Shown here: positions 29,850-42,252 of the stretch, in pieces
Position numbering within the stretch: the stretch's first letter is position 1
Layout: each line of letters starts with the position of its first letter
Source: the human T2T-CHM13v2.0 reference genome, Homo sapiens
Assembly (NCBI RefSeq): GCF_009914755.1
Contig: NC_060936.1
DNA length: 64,000 bases
Reading direction: 5' to 3' (one strand)
Program-made: the position numbers and the translations under genes
Notes under the pieces: generated by a model
Databases searched by the model: none
Seen by the model: only the letters and a program-made list of their open reading frames with translations
Told to the model about the DNA's origin: nothing

Positions 29850-30480
29850 AACAACAACAAGAATTACATCATCTTCGGTCTTCTCAATAGCAACATCAGA
29901 ACGTCAAAAACAATGGAGCAATGTCTTCTAAGTTGTTAAGGAAATTGATTTTATGTTAAAGTTTAATATGAAGCAGATAAGAATAGGATAGAATAGGTAT
30001 TTTCCACATATGTAAGGTCTCGAAAATTACTTACCATGCACCCCCTTTCAGGAGGTTGTTGGACAAAGTGTCTACCAAAATGAGGACATAAACGCAGCAG
30101 GAGACATTCATGGAAATTGTTAAAAAGTGGAGCTTACACAGGAGAAGGGCAAAGGGAGTCCCCATAGGATGGTGAAAAAGGTCCCCAAAATGGCAAGTGT
30201 GTCCAACAGGCATGTGTCAGAAGACTGCAAAACTGGATCTTTCAGGAAGGCCACGTGAATGAAATAACTAATTTTACTAAACAGAAAAAAAAAGAGAGTT
30301 TGACAAATGGCAGAGAGTTTGGAGTTAATAATCAATGTATAGAAAACCATGCACACATACCTGCACACAAAAGACATAATTATTAACTCAAGACAAAACA
30401 GTAAGTATTCAGGAAAATGAAGTGTGTACAGGAAACTACACAAGGCTCGGCTTGAATAAGATTTGCATAGTGCTACACAA
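29850..30480 (+). mobile_element. Old L1M ORF1/inter-ORF fragment
   Basis: CTTCTCAATAGCAACATCAGAACGTCAAAAACAATGGAGCAATGTCTTC; ACCATGCACCCCCTTTCAGGAGG. Confidence 0.6.
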
Positions 30481-30965
30481 TGAGCTTGAATATGCAGACA
30501 GAGAGCTGGAACTTTTGTGGCAGTAGAACTCCCTGACAAAGCTCAGGCTCTGCAACAACCAGCACTGGAAAGCCCAATCGCAGCCTCCACAGCCATTTGC
30601 CCAGAATGGTCAGAACTTGGTGAGTGACTTCCAGTTTCCCTCCAATTCAAGACCAACTAGAGAAAGCCAAAGCTGCTCCCAAGCCCATTACATGAGATGC
30701 CTTCTTCTAGTTAATTCACCTAAAGCTTCCCTGGGCCAGTAACCTGGGACCTGAGCACACCTGAAGCCTTATTTTTCCCACTCTAAGCTCTCTCACTCCT
30801 CCACCTGTGTTCTAGTCTCTGCCAAATGCAAGGGATGGTCCCTGACGCCCTAGCCACAGCAAGCGCTGAGTAAATAGCTTGTGTTGGTTCCCATTTTGGC
30901 CACAGAAAGCTCTGAGTGAATAGCTTGTGTTGGTTCTCATTTTGGTGGTCTTCATTTATTTCCAC
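30481..30965 (+). mobile_element. ERV1 LTR (MER67-like) with internal 46-bp tandem duplication
   Basis: GAATGGTCAGAACTTGG, CAAGACCAACTAGAGAAAGCCAA, ends GGTGGTCTTCATTTATTTCCACA; duplication at 30853-30944. Confidence 0.6.
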
Positions 30966-31767
30966 AACAGAATATTGATTTAGCCACAACATATTACTAC
31001 AGTGGGGGAATGGAGGTTGGAAAGGATGGATACCGGAAGACGGCAGGCATATGTGAGAGATTAATACGTGTCTTCTAGAGGGGGAAAGCATAAACAATGA
31101 CTAACACTGAAAAAAATATTCAAGTGCCACTGTAAGTATGTTACAGAGAGAGTTGGAAGTAAATCCCAAAGGAATCAGCTAGAAATGCTTTCCATTAGGA
31201 GAGAAAGAGGAGGACTGTAAAGGGATGGCTGACTGACAAGCCTTTTAGAATTATCTGGTCCTATGTGAAAATATGGCTTAGGTAAAACTAAAAGAAAGCA
31301 AACCATGTGTATTTAGAAATCTCCAGATTAATCCTATTCATGTTAAGTAACACACACAAATTCAAAAACCACCACCACAACAATACATATTGTACAAAGC
31401 TACAACTCCTAAACAAGACATATGTCTATGTCTATACGACAGAGAATGAGATGCAAGTAGGAATCTGAAATGAAGAAAGAAAATGAAATAAAACAAATGC
31501 AACATCCTGCCTAGGGCAATGGGATGTGCCTTGAAGTGAGAAGCGTGAAAAATCAAATCTCTGCATTGGAGGTTAATAAAAGGGGTGGCGGCAGGATAAA
31601 AAAAGACTCTTAGAAAAGAAGAGAAGAGAAAAGAAAGGAAAGAAAAGAAAAAAAAGAAAAGAAAAATTAAAAACATCTTTGCCGAAAACTCTTCAACCCT
31701 CTGGAGAGTGACTGTGAATCTCTTAGCAAATCTTGTTCTGACATAGGAATGAAAACACTTGTAGTAG

Positions 31768-31841
31768 TAACCCTGACCGTAACCCTAACCCTACCTGAAC
31801 CCTAACCCTAGCCCTAACCCCAGCCCTAACCCTAAACCTAA
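31768..31841. repeat. Degenerate interstitial telomeric (CCCTAA)n tract
   Basis: TAACCC TGACCG TAACCC TAACCC ... CCTAACCCTAGCCCTAACCCCAGCCCTAACCCTAAACCTAA, about 12 units. Confidence 0.85.
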
Positions 31842-31849
31842 TAATTAAT

Positions 31850-32040
31850 CTAGTGTTCAAACCTCATCCTACCACCTACTTTCTATGTGATCTTGGGCAC
31901 ATTTCTGAGGCTGTTTCCTCATCTGCAAAGAGGAATAATAATACCCACCACTCAGGATTGTGTTGAGAATTAAACGAAATAATATGTAAAAATTTCTAAC
32001 ACAGGATTTGCCAAATAACGAATCTTAGTAAATGTCTGAA
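31850..32040 (+). mobile_element. MIR SINE
   Basis: TGTGATCTTGGGCAC...GTTTCCTCATCTGCAAAG...GGATTGTGTTGAGAATTAAA. Confidence 0.8.
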
Positions 32041-32238
32041 ATTATAATTATCAGATGCTTTAGGATTATTTGTATTTTCATTGGGACTTCCAAAATAAAG
32101 TCTAAGTCTTATGAGAAAAACAGATGTGTTAATCTCCTTTCTCCCTCTCATTCTGTAGCTCTCAGAAAAGACATTTGCATATTTAACTGTCATTGAGTGA
32201 GAAGAACTCATTTTGGTAAGAATTACAAAGACTGCTGA

Positions 32239-32293
32239 AGAAAGAGAAGAGACCCCATGAGTCCAGAAAGAGAAGAGACCCCATGAGTCCAGA
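32239..32293. repeat. Perfect 26-bp tandem duplication
   Basis: AGAAAGAGAAGAGACCCCATGAGTCC x2. Confidence 0.95.
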
Positions 32294-33274
32294 CTATGGG
32301 AATTGGTGATGTGGGGTTTTTAGCCTGTAGATAAAATACTTGGACTGAGGTGACTATTATAATATTCTTAGATAAAATTTTGGAAAGTCAAATGTCACCA
32401 GGGCCACTGTTCTGGAAATTAGCAGCTCTCTCACTCAATATTTTTAAATAAAGTCTCACTTTAATAGAGACATAGGTACAATACATATTTCTCTTTATTT
32501 TTTCTATGGAGGAAACCACAGTCAAACTGTGAGGATTAATGGCATCAGACATGAGTTCCCAGTGAGGGGGAGAAACAGTGCATGTCAGTAATTTGTCTAC
32601 TGAGGACAGAGCAGCTCGTGTCTGTTGAAAGGAGGAGGCTGAGCTCAGCTCCCTCCAAAGGCGCCCCATATGTAGAGGGCAGACACAAGTGTGGCAAGCC
32701 TTAGATCATAAAAGAAACTCTATGAATGCAGATTGCTGTATTAAATATCCTTATTTTTAAATATTGGCTTACATATTACAAAAATCCTAGGTCGGCCATA
32801 CAAAATGCATTACACATCTGCAGACCAAATATAGTCCAACAGTTTGATAAATTTTTATCATTTTTATAAATTCACAGGACAGGGATTATTTTGTGTATTT
32901 TTGATAGAGATTGGAAGACTGAAGCCCAAAGGTGGAGAAAAGTCTTCTCAAGGTCAATTGTGAACAACAGTCCAGGCATGAACAGAAGCCCACTGTATGA
33001 GTCTGTTCTCACACTGCTTATAAAGACATGTCCCAGACTGGGTAATTTATAAAGCAAAGAGGTTTAATGGACTCACAGTTCCACATGGCTGGGGAGGCCT
33101 CACAATCATGGCAGAAGGTGAAGGAGGAGCAAAGTCACATTTTACATGGTAGTAGGCAAGAGAGCATGTGCAGGGGGACTCCCCTCTATAAAACCATCAG
33201 ATCTCGTGAGACGTATTCACTACCACAAGAACGGCACCAGAAAGAACCACTTCCATGACTCAATTACCTCCCAC

Positions 33275-34870
33275 TGAGAGGTGACAACGTGCTGGCAGCC
33301 CTCGCTCTCTCTCAGCGCCTCCCTGGCCTCGGCGTCTGCTCTGGCTATGCTTGAGGAGCCCTTCAGTCTGCCGCTGCACTGTGGGAGACCCTCTCTGGGC
33401 TGGCCAAGGCTGGAGTCAGCTCCCTCTGCTTGCAGGAAGGCGTGGAGGGATAGGCACGGGTGGGAACCGGGCTGCATGCGGTGCTCGTGGGACAGCTCAA
33501 GTTCCGGGTGGGCATGAGCTCCTGCACTTGGAGCAGCCGGCCCCAGGCAGTGAGGGGCTTAGCACGCTGGCCAGCAGCTGCGGAGGATGCACCAGGTCCC
33601 CCAGCAGTGCCAACCCGCCCGAGCCATGCTCGAATTCTCACTGGGCCTCAGCCACCTCCCTGTGGGGCAGGGCTCGAGACCTGCAGCCTGCCATGCCCCA
33701 CCCACCCCCTGCCCCACAGTGGGCTCCTGCACGGCCTGAGCCTTCCCGAAGGGAGCCGCCCCTGCTCCCCGGCACCTGCTCCCATCATCCACCCAAGGGC
33801 TGAGGAGTGCAAGTAGGCAGCGTGGGACTGGTAGGCAGCTCCGCCCACGGCCCTGGCACGTGATCCACTAGGCGAAGCCAGCTGGGCTCCTGAGTTGGGT
33901 GGGGACTTGGAGAACTTTTACATCTAGCCAGAGGATTTTATATGCACCGGTCAGCGCTCTGTGTCTAGCTTGGGGTTCATGGATGCACCCGTCAGCACTC
34001 TGTGTCTAGCTAATCTGGTGGGGACTCGGAGAACCTTTATGTCTAGCTAAAAGATTGTAAATACACCAATCAGCACTCTGTGTCTAGGTCAAGGTTTGTA
34101 AATGCACCAATCAGCACCCTGTGTCTAGCTCAAGATTTGTAAACACACCAATCAGTGCTCTGTGTCTAGTTAATCTAGCAGGGACTTGGAGAACTTTTAT
34201 GTCTAGCTAGAGGATTGTAAATACGCCAATCAGCACTCTGTGTCTAGCTCAGGAATTGTAAAGGCACCAATCAGCACCCTGTCAAAACAGACCAATCAGC
34301 TCTCTGTAAAACAGACCAATCAGCTCTCTGTAAAATGGACCAATCAGCTCTCTGTAAAATGGGCCAATCAGCAGGATGTGGGTGGGGGTCAGATAAGGGG
34401 ATAAAAGCAGGCTGCCCAAGCCAGCTGCTACAACCTGCTCTGGTCCCTTTCCGCACAGTGGAAACTTTATTCTTTTGCTGTTTGCAATAAATCTTGCTGC
34501 TGCTCACTCTTCGGGTCCGCACTGCCTTTATGAGCTGTAACACTGACTGCGAAGGTCTGTAGCTTCACTCTTGAGGCCAGCGAGACCATGAACCCCCTTG
34601 GAGGAATGAACAACTCCAGACGGGAGTAACCAACAACTCTAGATGCGCCGCCTTAAGAGCTGTGACACTCACTGCGAAGGTCTGCAGCTTCACTCCTGAA
34701 GCCAGCGAGACCACGAACCCACCGGAAGGAAGAAACTCTGAACACGTCCAAACATGAGAAGAAACAAACTCTGGACACACCATCTTTAAGAAACTGTAAC
34801 ACTTAGCGCGAGGGTCCACGGCTTCATTCTTGAAGTCAGTGAGACCAAGAACACACCAATTCTGGACACA
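33275..34870 (+). mobile_element. LTR12 (ERV9) solo LTR, C/D/E-like
   Basis: TGAGAGGTGACAACGTGCTGGCAGCC start; CACCAATCAGCAC repeats; ACCAATTCTGGACACA end; 4-bp TSD CCAC. Confidence 0.97.
34066..34491 (+). promoter_or_regulatory. LTR12 U3 promoter: 9 CCAAT (NF-Y) boxes, GATA site, TATA-like GATAAAA, AATAAA
   Basis: CCAAT at 34066, 34107, 34148, 34226, 34267, 34292, 34316, 34340, 34364; AGATAA at 34391; AATAAA at 34486. Confidence 0.7.
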
Positions 34871-37800
34871 CCACCAGGTCACTCCCATGACACATGGGAA
34901 TTAGGGGTACTGCAATTCAAGATGAAATTTGGGGGGGGACACTGCCAAACCATATCACCTGCATTCTCTGACCTCCAGTCCAGAGATCAGGAATAAAAGG
35001 AAGACACAGGCCTGGCCTGCATCTGAGGTCAACCCCCAACAGGAGGGAGCCCAGATCTCAACCCTCACCTGGACAGCCTCAAAGTCAGAGTGTGGAAGGG
35101 TGTTGTAGGACGTGTGCATTTGGCTAATATGTAACTTGTAAATCATGAAGAGCATACATAAATTGACTTATATTATTAATATATTAGGAAGCGTGAATTA
35201 TTAAAATATAAATATTTAAAACATACTTTTGTCATATTTTTTGATACCTCATTTTTGACATACTGGGGGGACCTAAAAATGAAAGGGGTCTAGTCTGTCT
35301 GCACTTGTAAGAGATCCTGGCTAGATTTGATTGGCTTCTTTTCCCTGATGTGGAAAATGGGGAAGGTATTCTTATATCCAATGAGTATTCTGAAGGGAGG
35401 CTATACTACTTATATTTATTAATCCGACCTCCCAATTATCTTACAGCAGAGTTACATTTTACATATTAAAAAATCTAGTAACGTGCTCTTAATTGAAAAC
35501 AAAATTACTTTCCCTCTGCTAATGTAAACTGATGAATCGTGTACCATTCTCAAGTTGTTTTATATGCGTTAAGGCATTCTGTCGTAAGAGAAAGTCGTAA
35601 CTCTGTTCTATAGTTTTTAATATAAATAACTTCAGTTGTTTCTAATATTGACATATTGATTTGGTCACCTTCTTTCTTTTCTTATTAAAGACCACAGCAG
35701 AAACACATATTATCTCACATCTGAAGAAATTTCAGAAAATATTCATCCTGTAGCTTCAGCCGATTCAAAATTAATTTCCTATATCTTGTCCCACTTTTGT
35801 ATTCTTATCCACAGATAAACCTGGGGCTCTCAATGGTAACGCAGCATGCTTTGAGGATCAGGATTCAGTCCACGTTGTCATTCTCAGGGTTTACTGCTGA
35901 TTTAACTTATTTTTCATTCATAATCCCCTTACAAAGAGAAAATATTCTCTGACTTTTATTTAAGCTACAGTGATTTGACTGTTGCAGTGATCAAACACAT
36001 ATTTTGTTAGCAGATGTGTTTGCCAGTAAAGACATTCTCAGGTTCATGCGTTTGTGTATATTTACTTAAATTACACAAAAGACTTCATAATTACAAGTTA
36101 GGAAAACTTTAGGAGATGAGTGTAAATTCTCCCATGTTTCTTATCTGATGAGCATTATTTATTTTAGCAAAATTTATCCGAAAATGTTCAGATAAGCCTT
36201 TGTTAGGCAAAGAGACTCGGAGAAGGACTATGATACAGTTAATTGAAACTCCTTTGTTCTAGGAGGACGCAGCGGCATAGAAAAAGCTGCTATCCAAGGT
36301 AGAGAAAAGTAAGGAAATGGATGAGATGCAGCTCAAATGTCCTAGTGGGCCAGGGGTGGGAGCCTTGGGTTTTCCATGGAGTATGAAGGGAATTTGGTGT
36401 TTGAAGGCAGTGAATTTTGAATTGGGGTTGAAAGATGTTCATGCCAAGAAGGAGGAAAGCTACTGCTGGTGATGGATACACAACAAACACAGAAGTCGCT
36501 TTATAGAATGCACATTTAATGGGGCTATGTCACCTGGGAGGTAAAGAGCATTACACTTTTTAGGTATAAAGCACAAATATACATACAGCAGTAAAAAGAT
36601 ATGCAACATATTTGGGTATTAGAATAGCATGTGGGATGATTGCTTAGGGTAACAATAATGAAAGAAAGCTGAGGAGCACTGCTTCAGAGATGTAAGAGAT
36701 GTTCCATTTGGAATATTTACATTTTAGAAGACAGAATATGATGGGTAAAGGTGTTCTCTTCAGTGAGGGAGGGAGTAAGCATTTTCTGAACTGACCCCAG
36801 TGGCCAAAGATGGCTGCATATGTGATAAATGAAAAGCAAGGGTCTAGTCTTTCCCCAAAACCAGGGGTACTGCCTCATGTTTTACCATTGACTGTCACTT
36901 CCTCGGGTTTATAAAACAATAGGTGATGATGGTCCCAGAGTAATTAAGACTTCATGTTGATTTTATGGACCCCTGAACAACCTGAAGAATCACATATGAA
37001 CATATGCTGCATGGATACATCTCAAAATTGGCGTTAAATGAAACATTCTAGAAACAGGACAAGAGTCCAGGCACCATTATTCATACTAAAAACAAACCCA
37101 AAATTTGCAACTTACGTTCTATGCATGTTTTGGGACAATTGCCAAACACATTAATATCTCTGGGCAGAAAGGAAACAGAAGTGAAAGGAAGGAAATAAAT
37201 GAGCAAGAAGCAAAAAGGAGGCACCTCACATAAGCCGACAACAATAGCATATTTGTGAAATACTATAATTGAATCCACTCTGAACCTGCAGTCCAAATTA
37301 TTTAAAATAGGAAATAGGTGAATGAAAGAAAGTTCATAGATTCTTATCTTGATGGGATCTTAGCACAGATGTCTGATTTGCCAATTAAATGATTCAAATT
37401 CAAGATTTTCATTTCTGGACTTGTGGAGTAACTGGGACCTAATATACCCTTTAGTCTTAAGCAATTTTTAAAGAGTAAAATTATTTCAGTTGAGTTTTCA
37501 GGCCTTAGACAACAAAAAATGCAACGTTAGGAGTTGAGCACTTGGGCTGAGAGAAAGTTGTAATTGTCCACAAGTTTACCTCTAGTTTAAACAGAAGTTT
37601 TCCCACCTGTTAGTGCTTCTTATTGAAATTATTGTGAAATGTACATAAGCACTAGGTTAATTTATTGTGGGAAGGGAGGTACTTCAGAAAGAATATTTGA
37701 ATTGTGAATTTAAAAAAAGGGTGTAACAAAATCTGTGATTTCTGGGGAACTTTTTAAATTCACTTTTTCTTGAAATGCAAGGTGGTATACATCATCTGTC

Positions 37801-40018
37801 AGATTCCCTACTACAATGTGAATACAATGTTACATTTGTATTTTGTTTATATTTTTCTTTCTGCCACCTCTCAAACATTCTCTTACCCAGTGAATGGTAA
37901 ACGGTTACAGATACAATTTTAATTACATATACTTGGGGCTGCTATGGACAGAGTGTCAATTTGATATGCATCATGATTTGCTTAAATTATTGCTCCAGAC
38001 TGGGTGTCAAAATATGATAATTATTGCTTGACACAAAGCAGACATCACTGTGATTTCTTCCTTCTCTTGCCACTTCACTTCCAAAATCTGTCCCTTTATA
38101 CTGAATTCTAGAAGATATAAAACAAGTTACCTGAATACTGTTGCAGAGCTTCCAGATATGTTTTTCAGTGCAGTGGTCACCATGATCATTGTTTCGTAGC
38201 AAAGCCCTCCTAAAAACCTATCCAGCCATGTGTTCATGCCTGTCCATGAATAGGTGGAAAAATCCAACCTGTTCAACATGGGAAATGGCTCCGAGTTCAA
38301 CAGGAATGCTGTGGGAGATTTCCCTTGTGATAAAACACAGTGCCAACTTCTTAGTCACATCACTGCAATATGAAACAAGAAATGGTCTAAGGAAGTATCC
38401 TTCCAGAGAAAATGGACTTCACCTTCAGGAACTCCACAGGTAAAATCTAAAACCTGCATTAACCACAACCATGGTTTGAAGCTTAAGATGGCCCCAGATA
38501 AAAGTGAGTCCAGTGTGAACAGAGTGAATTCTAACTGGGTGACTCTAGTTAGGATCAGGTGGGGATTTTTTTTTTTTGATATACTTGTCAGGTATTGTAG
38601 GGGCAGACAGATCCACAATTGGAAGCAGGAGCAAAGTAAGGATATGGAATTCATAAATGTTTTCAGCATTATCTTTGACTCAATTTGAGATGACTGGCTG
38701 ACAGGCCTTTCCTGATATTGATCTTACAGGTGATTCATAGCAAGAGATGCTGTAACACAAAGCAAATTCACTGTCTCTCTCTGATCAAAGGACATCAGTC
38801 ACTCAACCTTTCTATGTATTTGTTGCCATACATGATACTTAACCCAATTTCAAAGTCCCACAGATGAAATGCAAACTTTAAAAATAAAATTTATATACAA
38901 TAATGTGAAACAGCTGTGCCTGGACCACTCTACTTCCTATCATTTTATACTTTTATGTACACACATTCCCACTGTCCTTTGAAAAGAATCCCACCTCCTG
39001 TAATTAGAGAGAAATTGTCATCAAGGGCAAGAAGATAGTTTATATTTTGCCAAATCCTGGAAATCAAGCATCTGTTCTACACACAAGTTTAAGTGATCAG
39101 CTATCATTCAGATCAAAGAGAAAGCAACCAGAAAAACCTAAATCTAGATCAACTTCAGATTGGTCTGGAGTCTGCCTTCCCATGACATCTGGCGTGCTCT
39201 GCTTGTTTGGTATGTATCAACTATGAACATGAAGACTGGGTTGCAATTTTAAAAATGCATATTCAAATGGCAGCCAGGTACTAGAAGCAGACATTCCTAC
39301 AAATGCATATCTGGATATCTTTGGTACATAGCATAGACATAATGCTTAATGTTCATTGAATTAACTAATTATCCAGATAAAATGATAAATAAATAGGGTG
39401 CAGATGAGAAGGCCAATGTACTGAATAACACTGGGGAGTTGGAATCTAGTTCTAAGTCTGTCACTCACTTCCTGACCTTAAATAATATAACTTTCTCCAT
39501 CACAGCTGTAGAGAAACTCTCTAACTAATGAAGAATTGACTTGTGTGCTGTATGAGGCCCTGGATTTTTGTCATCGTAATTATATTCCAGATCAAAGATA
39601 GGCAAGGGTGTCTACGTGCAAGGTTATGACTATGGACTCTAAGTGGAGCAAATGGGCAGGCCAAGGCTCAGTCGTAAATGGTCTGCGGTAGGGGGCATTG
39701 CTTTGATTTGGAGGAAGAGGAGGTAAGCAATTGACCAGTTCTGGTTCCAACATGCAATACGTCAAGTCACATTAGTTGCAAATTTAGACGCACTTTTTGA
39801 GAGATAACGTTACCTGGAAATGCTTTTCTACCTAATTTATTTTCTTTTTTGGATATTTTACTGCTTTCATTTTCAGTTTTATTTTAGCTTCTAACACATA
39901 GAGATTTCATATCTTTCTTAAAGCATTTGCTAGGCATTTATAAAAAAAGATCTCTAATCTAACATGTCTAGGTTATTGCAAATGAAAGTATTTATTGGTC
40001 ATTTTACTCTTATTGTTT

Positions 40019-40326
40019 CCTTTTTCTTTTCTGTTTTTATTTTTTCTTTTTTTGAGACAGGGTCTTTCTTGCTCTGTTGTGCAGGCTGGAGTGCGGTGGC
40101 ACAATCATGGCTCACTGTAACCGTGAACTCGCAAGCTAAAACGATTCTCCCGTCTCAACCTCCATAGTAGCTGGGACTATAGGCATGCTCCACCACACCC
40201 AGCTAATTTTTTATTTTTTGCAGAGACTGGGAATCTTGCTATGTTGTCCAGGCTGGTCTCAAACTTCTGACCTCAAGTTATCCTCCCACTTCAGCCTTAC
40301 AAAGCACAGGTGGGAGTCACTCAGCC
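40019..40326 (-). mobile_element. AluJ
   Basis: GAGACAGGGTCT...ATCATGGCTCACTG; diverged reverse Alu. Confidence 0.9.
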
Positions 40327-40715
40327 AGACCTTTTGTGTTCTTTATACTTTTGTGTCTTTACCTGTTTATTCCAGCTTCCTGGAACCTTCATGTATTTGA
40401 GATTGTTACTCTCCCACCATGACTTAATGGCTTCTTTTCACTCCCTTTTCCTTCATAGTTAAAGAGTTTTTGGTGTTCTCTCCTTATTTCTTATTTATCA
40501 AACAGCCCTTTCACCTTATTTATCTCAAGAGGAGTTGGTTTTTAGTCCACTGAAAACTCTTCTTTTTCTCCCCCTTTTTTTTCAAACAAACATCTATACA
40601 AGCCAGGGTTTCTGATGGGCAGAAGCTGGGCCTACAGAATAGTTCTTCTACTTGTAGACATTCTGGGCTTCTGAGTTACACAGGTGACCTCCCAGGATGA
40701 GGTTCTTACTACCTT

Positions 40716-41596
<881 letters not shown>

Positions 41597-41953
41597 CTTT
41601 TGGTTTTGCCCCAGGAGTCAATATTTTATAAGATAAAGAAGCAAAGGGGTGAAGAACAGATACATTTTTCTCAGTGAGGCCCCAATAGCCTTGAAAATTC
41701 CTTCCAGACTTAGAAGTTAGACATTAGATGGGGACATGGGATATTTTTGTTCATCCCTTTCTTTTCTGTCATGAATATTTTAGAGGAAGTAGAAGTTGTT
41801 CACACCAGGGGCAACAGCCAAACAACATGAAAAATCAAATGTTTCTAATGAAAATTGGTGAGAGGCAGCTTGGGGTGGTGACTGAACACAGAAGCTAGGA
41901 CCAGGTTTTGCAGATTCATATGCTGGCTATGACACATCCTTGTGGTGAGCAGA

Positions 41954-42252
41954 TTTTTTTTTTTTTTTTTTGAGATAGGGTCTCACTCTGTCACCTAGAC
42001 TAGAGTGCAGTGGTGTGACCTAGGCTCACTGCAAACTCTGCCTCTGGGTTTAAAGTGATTCTCATGCCTCAGACTCCCGAGTAGCTGGGATTATAGGTGT
42101 GCACCACCACGCCTGGCTAATTTTTATATTTTTGTAAAGATGAGGGTTCGTCGTGTTGGCCAGGCTGGTCTTGAACTCCTAGCCTCAAGTGATCCTCACT
42201 CCTCAGCCTCCAAAAGTGCTGGGATTACAGGCATGAGCCACCACGCCCAGCC
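41954..42252 (-). mobile_element. Alu (Jb/Sz-like)
   Basis: Poly(T) followed by reverse Alu. Confidence 0.93.

Larger units (their letters stand above)
32994..34957 (-). mobile_element. THE1 (C/D-like) MaLR LTR split by LTR12 insertion
   Basis: TGTATGAGTCTGTTCTCACACTGC... at 32994-33274 resumes at 34871 and ends CCAAACCATATCA; TSD CCCAC/CCTGC. Confidence 0.9.

Noticed and set aside
33220-34888. Cluster of overlapping GC-rich ORFs (up to 150 aa) or a CpG-island gene
   Set aside because: All lie within the LTR12 sequence.
38189-38443. 84-aa plus-strand ORF in unique DNA
   Set aside because: No recognisable domain or supporting exon structure; length is expected by chance.
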